A stretch of 64,000 bases of DNA from Eledone cirrhosa (taxonomy: Eukaryota). Every line of letters starts with the position of its first letter. Within the stretch, counting starts at the first letter, position 1. A program made the translations under genes and the position numbers. The stretch spans positions 54,622,001 to 54,686,000 of the forward strand of contig OZ024746.1 of the NCBI GenBank assembly GCA_964016885.1. The letters are read 5' to 3'. Below, in pieces: positions 34,163 to 50,249 of the stretch. The notes under the pieces were generated by a model that was given only the letters and a program-made list of their open reading frames with translations, ran no database searches and was not told the DNA's origin.

Positions 34163-34619
34163 CATATATATATATATATATATATGTAGATAAATAGATA
34201 GATATATGTCTATATAAGTATATATATGTGTGTGTGTGTTTATATATATATGTGTATGTGTGCTTGTTTGTGATTGTCTGTGCATATGTGTGTATTCTAT
34301 TATTTTCTTTCATTCTATAGCGTGGAAAGTTGACTAAATTCTTTTAAATTTACACATTTCTAGAATATTGATTTATAATTCTTGCAAATGACAATATCAA
34401 CTAAAATATTAATACATATGGTTATATATTACATACACACACGCATATACGCACGTACACACACTTACACACACGCATACACATTTACACACACACACAT
34501 ACACGCGCAGACACACATATATATATAGTGCATACATATATGCAAACTGTTGTTACTCCCATCCCTGGCATAACTCGGAAATCTATGATTATATATATTA
34601 TACATACACAAACTTCACT

Positions 34620-34666
34620 CTTCCTGATGATTTCTCCCTAATGAAACAGTTCCAGTACTGTAGAAG
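34620..34666 (+). ncRNA. Type I hammerhead ribozyme in a ~150-bp TA-flanked pLTR remnant
   Basis: CTTC-CTGATGA-(weak stem II)-GAA-ACAGT/ACTGT-A-GAAG. Confidence 0.7.
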
Positions 34667-34770
34667 CCATTTCTATATCAAATATTTATACTTTGCTATC
34701 TATTGAGTACCTTACTTACTGTGTTTACCCACAATTGAACCCTGGATAAACTTATATATATATATATATA

Positions 34771-35200
34771 ATTGGTCGTTTTGGAAGCCTCAACAATGTA
34801 GATGGGTAAATCTCCGGGTAACAGAATCAGGTATTCCGCGCGCACGCACGCCCTACAGAATATCTCAGTTGTACACAAACGGCAGACAACAGAGGTCACG
34901 TGTCGTTCCTCTCCGACTAAAACTTACCCCCTCCGAAAAAACCCTAGTTGATGGATGCGAAATCCGAAATATAGGGACAATTAAATCACTTCCCAGGTAC
35001 CTATATCTAGTGTTATTATTTTTACACACTTTCCTACGTTCCTCTACACACTATATGTCTCATTCTACATTTCCTCTTACATCTCTCTCTTCACCACCTG
35101 ATTCTATTACCCGGAGATTTACCCATCTGCATTGTTGACGCTTCCAAAACGACCAAATGTTATTATTCCACAATGCTTCAAGCAAACTTCAATACACTCT
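34771..35200 (+). mobile_element. PLE pLTR remnant with a 5' inverted ~60-bp duplicate; distant relative of 40870-42088
   Basis: 34771-34832 is the inverse of 35096-35158; shares GAGATTT..TCTGCATTGTTG and CACAATGCTTCAAG.AAACTT.AA with the 40870 element; HHR-like motif at 34942-34976. Confidence 0.7.
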
Positions 35201-35219
35201 TATATATATATATATATAT

Positions 35220-35642
35220 ATTAATAAAAGGAATTACAACTTTGTCTGATTTACTCGTTTTATTTACGATCCTTTAAATTTATAATGGTATTAGAATGAA
35301 ATAGTATGGTAGAATATTAAATGTTAAGTGTTAACTGAACAAGTAGTTTCATGCTTTCGCAATCTTCAGGTTCATATTCTGTGGTGACAGTCAAGATTGC
35401 AATTTTCACAGTTGAACATTGCAATCTTGACTGTCACCACAGAATATGAACCTGAAGATTGCGAAAGCATGAAAGTACTTGTTCAGTTAACACTTAACAT
35501 TTAATATTCTACCATACTATTTCATTCTAATACCATTATAAATTTAAAGGATTGTAAATAAAACGAGTAAATCAGACAAAGTTGTAATTCCTTTTATTAA
35601 TATAATCTTCTGTACACAATCATACACACCCGTGTATATTTA

Positions 35643-35645
<3 letters not shown>
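35220..35645. mobile_element. Fold-back (palindromic) pLTR pair of the 45900-48935 PLE family
   Basis: Arms at ~35220-35403 and ~35418-35602; both match 45937-46125. Confidence 0.9.
35447..35485 (+). ncRNA. Minimal type I hammerhead ribozyme (mirror copy on the minus strand at 35336-35374)
   Basis: TGAAC-CTGAAGA-TTGC gaaa GCAT-GAA-AGTACT-T-GTTCA. Confidence 0.88.
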
Positions 35646-35727
<82 letters not shown>

Positions 35728-35994
35728 TAAATATATGCAAACTGTAGTTACCTGCACCTGCGACAACACGGGAATCTATATATATATAGAGAGATTGCGA
35801 AGTTCGGTGTAAATGTAGTGTTGCAGTGCTGATGCAATGTTGGTGCAGTGTTGGTGAAGTGGTGCTGCAGTGTTGCCCCTATTCATGCAATCTCTCTGAC
35901 ATTTCACCTTACTCTTATCCCATTATCTTGCTTGACATTAACACATTAATCCCGCCTTTTTTTCCCTCGTTCCATCGACCTGATTAGTCAGCCT

Positions 35995-36620
35995 TTGATA
36001 ATGTAGCTGCTGTTGTTGTTGTTGTAGCTGTTGTTGTTGTTGTTGTTGATGATGCAACTGTTGTTGTTGTTGTAGCTGTTGTTGTTGTTGTTGTTGTTGC
36101 TGTTGATGCAACTGTTATTGTTGTTATTGAAAGTTTTAGTGATGTTGGTGGTGGCGGTTGTGGAGGTTCTTTTGATGATGATGTTGCTCGTGTCGATTGT
36201 GATTGTTATAAATTTGTTGTTGTTGGTGGTGGTGGTGGGACTTGTTGCTATGGTGATGTTGATGATGGTCATGACGGCGATGATTTTTCTGATGTTGTTG
36301 TTGGAGTTAGTAGTGTTGTTGTGGTGATGGTAATGATGTTTATGATGTTGCTACTCATGATGGTGATGCTCATGATGATGGTGATTGTGTTGTTGTTGAT
36401 ACTGGTACAGATGATGATGATGATGATGATTGTGTTGATGATGATGCTGATGATGATTATGCTAGTGTTGATGATGATGATGATGGTGGTGTTGATGATG
36501 ATGATGATGATGGTGTTGATGATAATGATACAATTACTGCTGCTACTAAAATTATTTTCGATATTGTTGCTGTATTTCTTTGTTAATGTAGTGATGGTTG
36601 AAATAGCAATGGTGATGGGG
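35995..36620. repeat. Degenerate (GTT)n/(GAT)n trinucleotide microsatellite
   Basis: Low-complexity trinucleotide tract; (ATG)/(ATC)n also at 36895-37020. Confidence 0.95.
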
Positions 36621-36665
36621 GAGGGGTCGACAGCTTTCTGGTTTTTAATATTACTTCTGTTGTCA

Positions 36666-36840
36666 GGCGGTGGATTGGCAGTATCGGTAGAGCGTCGGAC
36701 GCCATGCTTTGAAGCATAGAGTTATGAGTTCAAATCCCGCCGAGGTTAACTTTGCCTTTCATCCTTACGGGTCGATAAAATAAAGTACCAGTAATGTACT
36801 GGGTATTTAATGGCCTTGTGCCAAAAGTAGAAACAACATT
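36666..36840 (+). mobile_element. tRNA-derived SINE
   Basis: A box TGGCAGTATCGG, B box GAGTTCAAATCC, conserved body GCCTTTCATCCT..GGGTCGATAAAATAAAGTACCAG; several copies in the window. Confidence 0.88.
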
Positions 36841-36934
36841 ACTTCTGTTGTCGGCGGTGGGGTTACTGAATATCCTTGAGCTAATAATTAGTACGATGAA
36901 AATGAAAATGATGATGAAGATGATGATAATAATG

Positions 36935-37015
<81 letters not shown>

Positions 37016-37416
37016 AGCCACAGCTGCAGCATTGTAACGTGACTGAGAGAATGATAATCTTGATCTTATTAAAGAAGTGATATCAGTTTCACCACATGAC
37101 CATATACGAAAAATTCATATTTGAACCACTTCATTTGCATGATACATTTTAAATACAAACAGCTCATTCATTTCTTGAAAGAATCCTTGTAGAGAGCTTC
37201 ATCTTGCTGTCTATAATTTATAAATGTAGCGTGTACTTAAAGAAAATGAAGAACATCAGCCTCATACGCAAATTTTGAATTATCTCTATGTCAAATATCT
37301 AATATTATTAGCACATGACACCAGGAAATATTGTGTTGATATGTCCTGAAGCCTGCCTACTTGAGTTATACCAGAGTGAAGCACCTGCTTCGTATAGCTA
37401 AACATTTTTACTATAA

Positions 37417-37508
<92 letters not shown>

Positions 37509-38092
37509 AAAGGATAAATAAACAAACAAACGCAGGAGTCACTTGTACACAGTGTTATTAGTTTGACGCTCACATATGTATATATTGGGGTAGTAGATTT
37601 TATGGCTATATTAGGACCCGACACATGATATCTAGCCGTTTTAACAGCTAATTCTAGTCTGGAACTAGCTGTTGAAACGGCAAGGGCTCAGCGATCGTGT
37701 TCCAACTCTTTATAATACACACACACACAAGCACACACATATCTAGAAATCCATAAACGTAGAAATCCATAGATGAAAGATCAGAAGAAACAGTGCACAA
37801 TCTGTTGCATTGGAGCATATTTATTATAAACAAAGTATCATACATTTAACATGAATGTGCGACCATTGGTTTCAGGGTACAGTTCTCTGCTGCAGCACTG
37901 TATATTTGAACAGGCTCTTTTAAAGGAGCATTTCTTTCGGGCAAGTGGATAGTCATGAGAACCAGTTTAAAAGTGCCTCGTCCAATGTGCAGTGGTGGCC
38001 ATAACTTGACCCCAAAACCAATGGTCGCACATACATGTTATGTGTGTGGAACTTTGTTTATAGTACACACACACGCACACACGCGCACACAC

Positions 38093-38126
<34 letters not shown>

Positions 38127-38152
38127 AACATAGCTTTATAAAAATATGTATA

Positions 38153-38706
<554 letters not shown>

Positions 38707-38827
38707 AGATTGGTGTTGGATGCTTAAATCGTCCGATGCTCTCATAGAGTTGTGTATAATATCAGAGAAAATAAAGGAAAATCTGCGATTTCCAGAGTCA
38801 GGTTCGATCGTGCCTCGAGTGTGTGTA

Positions 38828-38919
38828 CAGTGTGTCTCAAAAAATATATACACACTTATTGCAGGCAATATTTATTAGAATTCTGTGGAAATGTGTATAC
38901 GTTTTGTGGGGACACCCTG
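38828..38919. mobile_element. Miniature Tc1/mariner-type MITE
   Basis: TA|CAGTGTGTCTCAAAAAATATATACAC...GTGTATACGTTTTGTGGGGACACCCTG|TA: imperfect ~26-bp TIRs and TA target duplication. Confidence 0.7.
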
Positions 38920-39097
38920 TATATATACACAGTGTTTAATCATAAGTTGTACATCACGATCATACCTTAGGTACGCTGAATTTACACGCACAAATATTAA
39001 CATATAAATGTTTAGTTTTTCTTTGACTAGAAGTTAGCCATTTTAACCAACATCTATGCTGTTCATCAATAAGAGAACTTTTTCAGTTCGGTATTAT

Positions 39098-39520
39098 TGT
39101 GGATTTACCGAATCGTTACTGTGCGAAACAAAATGCTTTGCCGCGTCTAGTTACGGACATTTATATTCTGTGTTCAAATCCCACTGTGGTCAACTTTACC
39201 TCTCCTTCTACTGCGATCGGTAAAATAAAGTAGCAGTGACTCACTGGGAATCGACTTCCCCATGCCAAAATTTGCTGGCCTTGTACCTAAATAAGATACC
39301 CTTACTAAGGGCAGTGAATTTGCACTATCGGTAGAGCACCAGATACACAGTTTTGAGAGCATAGAATCACGGCTCTTTACGTTTTGAGTTCAAATCCCGC
39401 CTAAGTTAGCTTTACATTTCATCCTTACAGGATCGATTAAATAAAGCACCAGTAATGCAGTTGGGTTGATTTAATCGTCTTTCACCTCAACCCAAAGTGC
39501 TGGCCTTGTAGTTATTATTA
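39098..39520 (+). mobile_element. Two adjacent diverged tRNA-derived SINEs (39098-39297 and 39309-39520)
   Basis: Each has a GTTCAAATCCC B box, the CGATAAAATAAAG-like core and a TGGCCTTGT 3' motif, as at 36666. Confidence 0.8.
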
Positions 39521-40044
39521 TTAATATAGAAGTGCTTGACCTCAGAACAGATCTTCAAAAACGAAAAATACCATATAGAAATATTTGTACATTCATACAT
39601 TTGTAAGGAACATTAGATGAGCGGAAGCTTGGCAAAGTTTATCGTCTTCTGGTAACTGATAAAACGACAAAGGTATAATTGGAAATATCGGAGCAAATCC
39701 AGGAACCCGCACCCAGGGGATGTCACCTGTCGTCAAACCATATACCAATAATATTGCATTGATTTCATAAAGTCATTTGCTAAGTTATTTTTCTTTGTTT
39801 TCTGAGGTATTTATTAATCACTGTTTGCACCAATACACATTCACCTGCACCGCTAAAATTGCTAGTGATTATGTTTATGTAGACAGAAACTTCCCAAAAT
39901 GAATAATCTAATATATATATATATATATATATTTATAATATATATATATATATATATAATATATATATATATTATAAATATATATATATATATTATAAAT
40001 ATATATATATATATATATTATAAATATATATATATATATTATAA

Positions 40045-40077
<33 letters not shown>

Positions 40078-40081
40078 TATG

Positions 40082-40149
<68 letters not shown>

Positions 40150-40180
40150 TATATATAGATATATATATATATATATATGA

Positions 40181-40291
<111 letters not shown>

Positions 40292-40337
40292 TATTTATAT
40301 GTATATATATATATGTATATATATATATATAAATATA

Positions 40338-40403
<66 letters not shown>

Positions 40404-40409
40404 AATATA

Positions 40410-40478
<69 letters not shown>

Positions 40479-40481
40479 GTG

Positions 40482-40560
<79 letters not shown>

Positions 40561-40570
40561 GTATATATAT

Positions 40571-40767
40571 GTAGGAGCTGAGTTTTATTGTAGTACAATA
40601 AAGCAATATGTTGATTTAAAACTGTACTATCCACAAGTGTTTTTTAACCTTCATATCATGTCTTCCTGTTTTATCTGATAAAAACACAAATATTATTGCA
40701 TGATGATATTTGTTTTTGAAATGCGCATAATAAAATACATGGAACTCTTTTAACCATCAATTGTTCT
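40571..40767 (+). mobile_element. Short element-C family copy: 3' pLTR preceded by an inverted piece of the element's 5' leader
   Basis: 40607-40758 matches 33598-33750 (HHR core mutated to CTGATAA); 40571-40606 is the reverse complement of 30137-30172. Confidence 0.85.
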
Positions 40768-40797
40768 TATATATCATATGTATATATATATATATGA

Positions 40798-40869
<72 letters not shown>

Positions 40870-40872
<3 letters not shown>

Positions 40873-42086
40873 GGTGTTAAAGTTTTCTTGAAGCATTGTG
40901 AAATGTGTAAAATACGTAGTTTAGAAAGCCACAACAATGCAGAGGGAAATCTCGAGGTAGGAAGTGAATGATAGATAGGAGAAACAGGAGAAAGTGAAAA
41001 TTGTGAGAGACAAAGATGAAAACAAAACAAAGGTAGAAGGGTAACCGTAGTGGAGATTTAATCCCAATATTTCGGGCTTACGCCCATCAACGGGGGAAAG
41101 TTCCAAAAGGGGGAGAACAGGCTAAGCGGAGAAAGTTGTGATGTCGTTAAGACAGGAATGCCGTTATGGAGAGAAAATTATTTAAAAATAAAACGAGGGA
41201 AAGAATGCGCGTGCGCGTGATAGGCTGAGGCAAAAGCTACTGACGAAATGGGTTAAATCAAAAGGGTGCGCTAGCGTGTGAAAGCCGTAAAATATGTGTG
41301 TGTAAATATATATGTGTGTGTAACTGTGTGTGTATAAGTGTAAGTGTGTATATGTGTGAGTGTGTGTGTGTGTGAAAGATAGTGGGCTGTAGAAGCTGGA
41401 AATCAAAGGGTGTGAAAGGTTGTAGGTTGTAAAACATGTGTGCGTGTATAAATATAGATGTGTGTGTGTAAGCGTATGGGTATACATGTGTGTGTAACTG
41501 TGTGTGTATATGTGTGAGTGCGTGTGTGTGTGAAAGATAGTGGGCTGTAGAAGCTGGAAATCAAAGGGTGAGAAAGGTGGTAGGTTATAAAAACATGTGT
41601 GCGTGTATAAATATAGATGTGTGTGTGTATGAGTATGGGGGTATGCATATACGTGCATGTGTGTGAAAATAGCAGGCCGTAAGGGTTGTGAATGGTCACT
41701 ATGGTTAAGTTAGCCATGTCAGCTCATTTCTCTCAACCCGGTTGTTAAGTGGGGGTCTGAGGTTCTTAATAACAAGTGCTTCCTTTATCCTTAAGGATCC
41801 GATGCTGCGTTCAGTCGCTAGGACTGTGACAACGGCATTCCTGTCTTAACGACATCACAACTTTCTCCGCTTAGCCTGTTCCCCCCCTTTTGGAACTTTC
41901 CCCCGTTGATGTGCGTGAGCCCGAAATATTGGGATTAAATCTCCACTACGGTAACCCTTCTACCTTTGTTTTGTTTTCATCTTTGTCTCTCTCAATTTTC
42001 ACTTTCTCCTGTTTCTCCTATCTATCATTCACTTCCTACCTCGAGATTTCCCTCTGCATTGTTGTGGCTTTCTAAACTACGTATTT

Positions 42087-42088
<2 letters not shown>
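40870..42088 (-). mobile_element. 5'-truncated PLE (element E) with inverted pLTR
   Basis: Minus strand 41830-41707 reads VTVLATERSIGSLRIKEALVIKNLRPPLNNRVE (GIY-YIG C-terminus); 40907-41165 is inverted at 41830-42088. Confidence 0.85.
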
Positions 42089-42179
<91 letters not shown>

Positions 42180-42180
42180 G

Positions 42181-42280
<100 letters not shown>

Positions 42281-42302
42281 TATATATATATATGTATATA
42301 TG

Positions 42303-42413
<111 letters not shown>

Positions 42414-42637
42414 GTATATATATATATTTATATATATATATATATATCTATGTATATATATTTATATATATACGTATGTATATATATTTTTATATAATTA
42501 TATATATATATATATTTATAATCTTCATATATTTATATATATATAATGCGACGAAATGCCAACGACGGTTGGATGGCCACTGATGAGGACAAACTTTTTC
42601 ATATGTAACCCATTTGCAGCGCCGCAGCTCCATTATT

Positions 42638-42716
<79 letters not shown>

Positions 42717-42814
42717 ATATATATATGTATGTATGTATATATATATGTATATTTATAAAGATATATATATATGTATATATAAATATTATATATATGTATA
42801 TATATGTATATACA

Positions 42815-42845
<31 letters not shown>

Positions 42846-42912
42846 TTATAAATATATATATGTATATATATGTTTATATATATATTTATATGTATATATA
42901 TATGTAGATATG

Positions 42913-44417
<1,505 letters not shown>

Positions 44418-44426
44418 CATGCTTAT

Positions 44427-44467
<41 letters not shown>

Positions 44468-44759
44468 TATATGTACGTAGTGGTGGAAAACTGGAAGGTA
44501 ATATCGTTAGTTGTAGAGCACTCAGTCCAAGAGACGAGTTAGGTAGAAATGTTTACACAACAGTTAGTTCACCATACCGAGAACAATTGTTTCACCTTCA
44601 CGGATCTTGAAGCAAGGGATGTGTATGGTTATAGGAACAGGAAGGACAACCGTACGAACGCGCATGCGCAGAAACTCGGTCACTTCACACAGGCAATACT
44701 AGACTGCGTGCGACGGGTGTAAGGCAGATAACTGCGAAAGTCCGGAAGTTTTTTGGCTG

Positions 44760-44969
44760 CAAATAAAATAAAAAAAATAAAAAATAAAATGACAAAGAAT
44801 CAGTCCGGAGCCTTGTAGTTATGCGTTAGATGTCTGGTGACGTGTGGACTACGTGTGAAAAATTCACTCCTAGTATTTAGGCAATCACTATTTCGTAAAT
44901 GTATGTATATATATATATGTATATATATATATGTATATATATACATATGTATATGTATATGTATATTTA

Positions 44970-45035
<66 letters not shown>

Positions 45036-45061
45036 TATATGTATACATACATATATATACA

Positions 45062-45095
<34 letters not shown>

Positions 45096-45229
45096 CATAC
45101 ATTTACGCAATAGTGATTGCCTAAACACTAGAAGTGAATTTTTCACACATTGTCCACACATCACGAAACATCGCATAACTACAAGGCTCCGGACTAATTC
45201 TTTGTAATTTTATGTTTAATTTTTTTTAG

Positions 45230-45235
<6 letters not shown>
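44760..45235. repeat. Inverted repeat (~140-bp arms) around a TA tract
   Basis: ~44780-44908 is inverted at ~45093-45215. Confidence 0.8.
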
Positions 45236-45323
<88 letters not shown>

Positions 45324-45349
45324 CTGCATGTATGTATATATATGTATGT

Positions 45350-45396
<47 letters not shown>

Positions 45397-45495
45397 GTAT
45401 GTATATATATATGTATTTATATATATATGTATGTATATATATATATATATGTATATATATATAAATGTATATATATAAATGTATATATATAAATG

Positions 45496-45564
<69 letters not shown>

Positions 45565-45593
45565 GTATATATATATGTCTATATATATATAAA

Positions 45594-45632
<39 letters not shown>

Positions 45633-45749
45633 GTATATATATGTATATATATATAAATGTATATATATGTATATATATATAATTGTATATATATGTATAT
45701 GTATATATATAAATGTATATATATATATATGTATATATATATATAAATG

Positions 45750-45783
<34 letters not shown>

Positions 45784-45787
45784 AATG

Positions 45788-45819
<32 letters not shown>

Positions 45820-46055
45820 TATATAAATGTATATACATATATGTATATATATACATATGTATATATATATATATGTGTATCGCTATATATATCTAAATAA
45901 ATATACACGGGTGTGTATGATTACGTATAGAAGATTATATTAATAAAAGGAATTCCAACTTTGTCTGATTTACTCGTTTTATTTACAATCCTTTAAAATT
46001 ATAATGATATTATCATGAAATAGTATGGTAGAATATTAAATGTTAAATGTTAATT

Positions 46056-46092
46056 GAACAAGTACTTTCATGCTTTCGCACTCTTCAGGTTC
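46056..46092 (-). ncRNA. Minimal type I hammerhead ribozyme
   Basis: GAAC-CTGAAGA-GTGC gaaa GCAT-GAA-AGTACT-T-GTTC; the inverted copy at ~48791 is degenerate. Confidence 0.88.
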
Positions 46093-46501
46093 TTTTCAGT
46101 GGTGACAGTCAAGTTGGCAATTTTCAACTGTAATGTCATGGCTAAAAACTGTGCCTTATATACAGTAAAAAGGGAAAACATAATGCTATGTTTTGAAAAC
46201 TATATTTCGACCAATCGGTATGTGGTTTAACTAGATTACTAAAGCTGATTGGTTTAGGCGTCACGGTTGGTTTAGCATGTCAAACGACTTCTATTTGACC
46301 CTATCCAAAGCATCAATTGTTTTGCTATTTTTAGAAATGATGAAAATGGCATTTTCTAGGATTTTTATAAATAATCCTCTGTAATCTTCAACATCAACAT
46401 CACTTTTAATTTATTGTTGTTGTTGTTGTTGTTGTTATTAGTGGTGGTAGTCGACACGGTCGTAGGCGCAGTCATAGTAGAAGTAATACCCCTAAGCATT
46501 A

Positions 46502-48296
46502 TTATTGTTCATTTAGCTTGGGTTGGAATTTATCAATAACATTCTTTTCTTTAATTTTTCTCTTGATTTCACTTGGGCTGTGTAGTTTGTAGAATGGAAA
46601 TATTATAAATATTTTCTGACCACATGTTGCTAGATGGGTACTCAGGGGTATCAGACGGACATTTGGGTCTCTGATTTTCTGTCGGCGCACCCGTGCACGT
46701 TCCGATAGCGCATTTCCAGTTAGACCGACATTTAGGTCTTCACATTTCGGGCATTTAATACAGTAAATTAGATTTCCGCTTTTGCAGTTCATATTTGCAT
46801 TTGGGAATATTTTTCCAGTTTTTGTGTTCATATATTGACCAGTATGTATGATCTAACATGTGCCACATCGACTATCATTTCATTTAGATACAGTGAATGA
46901 TTGATCTTTTTTGTTAAGGTTGAACTTTGCCTTTGTTAGTAATTGCTTCAAATTTTTCGGCTGTCTTTTACTAAGAATCAAAGCTCGGTCTGTGATTAAA
47001 CCTTTTAATTCATTTCTTTGAGCAATGATTGGTAGGTTTGCTCTGGCAGTGTTGTAGATATTCTGGTGACATGGGTTGTGTGTCATTATAAATGGTATGA
47101 CCAGTTCTTGGTTTCTTCTTCCTTGGGTTGTCCTAAGTTATTGTATAGGTATTTTTATATCGCGCTGTATAGCATTTTCTAATAGTAGAGATGGATATTT
47201 TTGTTTGAGCAAAAATTCTCTCAGTTCTGTTAGGCGTTTGCTCCTGGTATTCGATGTTGCAGTATGGGATGCTGCATTTTGTATGAGGTGGATGGCACGA
47301 CTTAAAATTCAGATATTGATGGGTATCTGTGTATTTATATTATATATCCGTGGTAATGGTGGTGTTGTTTTTGATTACCATTATATCTAGGAATGGTAAT
47401 TTGGTACTACTCATCTCTTTTGTAAATTGGAGAGATGGGTGTAGGTTATTCAGGAGGATATTGAACTCCTCCAGAGTATCTAGAGATTCTGTCCAGATGA
47501 TGAAACGGTCGTCAAGGTATCTCTTCCAAGACTTTTCAATGTACTTTCTAAATTCAGTGCTATATTTCTCCTCTATTTCTTGGTAGAGTTGTTGTTCTAA
47601 GTATCCCATCACAGAGTTCGCGTAAACGGGAGCAAACTTCGTTCCCATCGCTGTGCCTCTAATTTTGATGTAATTCTTTCCATTGAAGAAGAATGTGTTG
47701 TCTTCCAGAATAAGTCTGACTGCGTCTTATATATATGGCACTGTGAATCTGGTGGGAATCATTTCTCTATGTTTTTCCACCCAGTATTTAACCGCCTTCA
47801 TTCCTAAATCATGTGTAATGTTACCACATCAAAACTAAGTAGAAGTGAATTCGTTTCCGTGGTTTTGGGAAGATGGGACAGGAAGTCGATACCATCCCGG
47901 ATGAAACTGGATATGTGAATACATAATGATTTCAAAATAATGTCAATAAAATTGCTTAGACGGTGGGTAGGGCATGTTGGACCAGCTATAATAGGTCTAA
48001 GTTTTAAGTTATTTGGGTGTAGTAATTTAATGTACTCACGTTTTTTATCTTTTACTGCCAGTTGGATTTCTTTTGACTTATGAATTTTCGGTACGACATA
48101 AAGTTGCTTGGTTTTGGCTCAAAATTGATAATGTAGTCTCTTTCATTATCAGTAAGTGAGTTGTAGTATTTTCAAGCCAGATTGTTGATCTTCTTAATTA
48201 TGTTGTGGTTTATATTTAACGGTATTTCATGGTAAAATGTTGTGTCTTTCAGTTGTTCCTCAACCAAATCTTTGTAGTATTCAGCATCCATTATAA
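46502..48296 (-). pseudogene. Degenerate PLE RT + GIY-YIG ORF
   Basis: ORF pieces 47340-47648, 46880-47086 and 46502-46831 joined across frameshifts and stops. Confidence 0.88.
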
Positions 48297-49554
48297 CATT
48301 TCCATTCTACAAACTACACAGCCCAAGTGAAATCAAGAGAAAAACTGAAGAAAATAATTTTATTGATAAATTCCAACCCAAGCTAAATGATCAATAATAA
48401 TACTTAGGAGTATTACTTCTACTATGAATACGCCTACGACCATGTCGGTTACCACCACTAACAACAATAATAATAAAAGTGTTGTTGATGTTGATGATTA
48501 CTGAAGATTTTTTATAAACATCTTATAAAATGCTATTTTCATCATTTCTAAAAATAGCAAAACAATTGATGCTTTGGATAAGATCAAATAGTAGTCGTCA
48601 GACATGCTCAACCAACCGTGACGCCTAAACCAATCAGCTTTAGTAATCTAGTGAAACCACACAGCGATTGGTCTAAATACAGTTTGCAAAACTTATCATT
48701 CTGTAACCCCTTTTTACTGTATATAAGGCACAGTTTTTAGCCATCTCATTACAGTTTAAAATTGCCAACTTGACTGTCACCACTGAATATGAACCTGAAA
48801 ATTGCGAAAGCATGAAAGTACTTTAACATTTAACATTTAATATTCTACCATACAATTTTATTATAATATCATTATAATTTTAAAGGATTGTAAATAAAAC
48901 GAGTAAATCAGACAAAGTTGGAATTCCTTTTATTATATATGTATATGTATATATACATGTATATATATATATAGATGTATATTTTGTGTGTTTATGTGTT
49001 TATACATGATTAGCTTCGGAAAACTATATATTATATATACATATGTATGTATTACATCTATAAGCATACACACACGTGTAGATACACAAACACACCCACG
49101 TTGACTCATATATATGCATATTTAAACGGAATAATTATTTTTTGGCAATTAAACAACTCTTAATTATAGAAATATTTACTTTATAATTAATGTCTTAGCT
49201 AATATAATTAAAACAACTTAAATATTTACAAACCCTATGGCTATAGATGCATAATAATAATAGCAATAATAATAATTATTATTATGATAATAAAAATAAT
49301 AATGAAAATTATAATTATGACACTGAAATATTAATAAAAATAACTATAATAATAAAAATAAGTTTATAATTTTAATATTTGATATTAAAAATAATGTTAT
49401 TATTGATAAGGATAACAATAATATAAAGGATGATGATGATTGTAAAAATAACAATATGAAGAAGAAAGATTTCTTTATCAACCACAAAGTGTTTACATTA
49501 AGAAAACATTCAGGACGGCACAGCACAGCGCCCGCATGTATGTGCGTGTGTTTG

Positions 49555-49691
<137 letters not shown>

Positions 49692-50249
49692 GCTCTTTGG
49701 GTTTTCAGTTTAAAATGGTTTAATGAAATAAAAGTCTGTAACAATAACATTATGACAGTATAATTTTAGTATTCTGCAAGTGTTTGGAGATGCCCGAGGG
49801 TTAATCGTGGAAAACCCTGTTTAAAACCACTTGTGCTCTGACACCTAGGGCAAGTGCCTTCTCTTATTCACCTCCATTTTAAACTCAGGGCATGCTTGTA
49901 CAGTCATTTTTCTTCAACCTCAATCGCGTCTACCTTACAACCACTTTTACCACGACCACTAGCTATATAAACATTGTCTGTCCTTCCCAGTTAACAGAAT
50001 GTGGCGGGGAAATTTTTACGAGAGATTCATTCGCTACACGTGTGAGCAGTTGTTCAACAAAAACCCACAGATCAGCAATGCTTGGGCACTGAACGATTGC
50101 GACCAGGACAGTTTCATCCCCCTGTGCACATCTCGGTCATTCAGCTGAAGTCATTTCCTTGGTTTGTGATTTTATCTTGAGGGATTTCTGAAATTATCCA
50201 GCAGACCTTGGCCGAAATTTCTCTGGAAGAGAGCAGCTAGTTGATCACT

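Larger units (their letters stand above)
45900..48935 (-). mobile_element. 5'-truncated PLE of a second clade (Neptune/Poseidon-like) with ~650-bp inverted termini
   Basis: Minus strand: KLRPIIAGP...GTAMGTKFAPVYAN...WKRYLDD...LPFLDI...CKSGNLIYCIKCPKC...VGLTGNALSER...FQPKLN; 45937-46602 is inverted at 48297-48935. Confidence 0.92.

Noticed and set aside
36666-36740. Possible tRNA gene (A and B boxes)
   Set aside because: No full cloverleaf; it continues into a repeated SINE body found about five times in the window.
35988-37042. Poly-Met/Leu/Asn/Ile ORFs
   Set aside because: Trinucleotide microsatellite translations with no domain or splice evidence.
42545-42640. GAAA...CTGATGAGGAC suggesting a type II hammerhead
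   Set aside because: The cleavage position would be G, stem I cannot form and stem II lacks a partner; at most a rearranged remnant.
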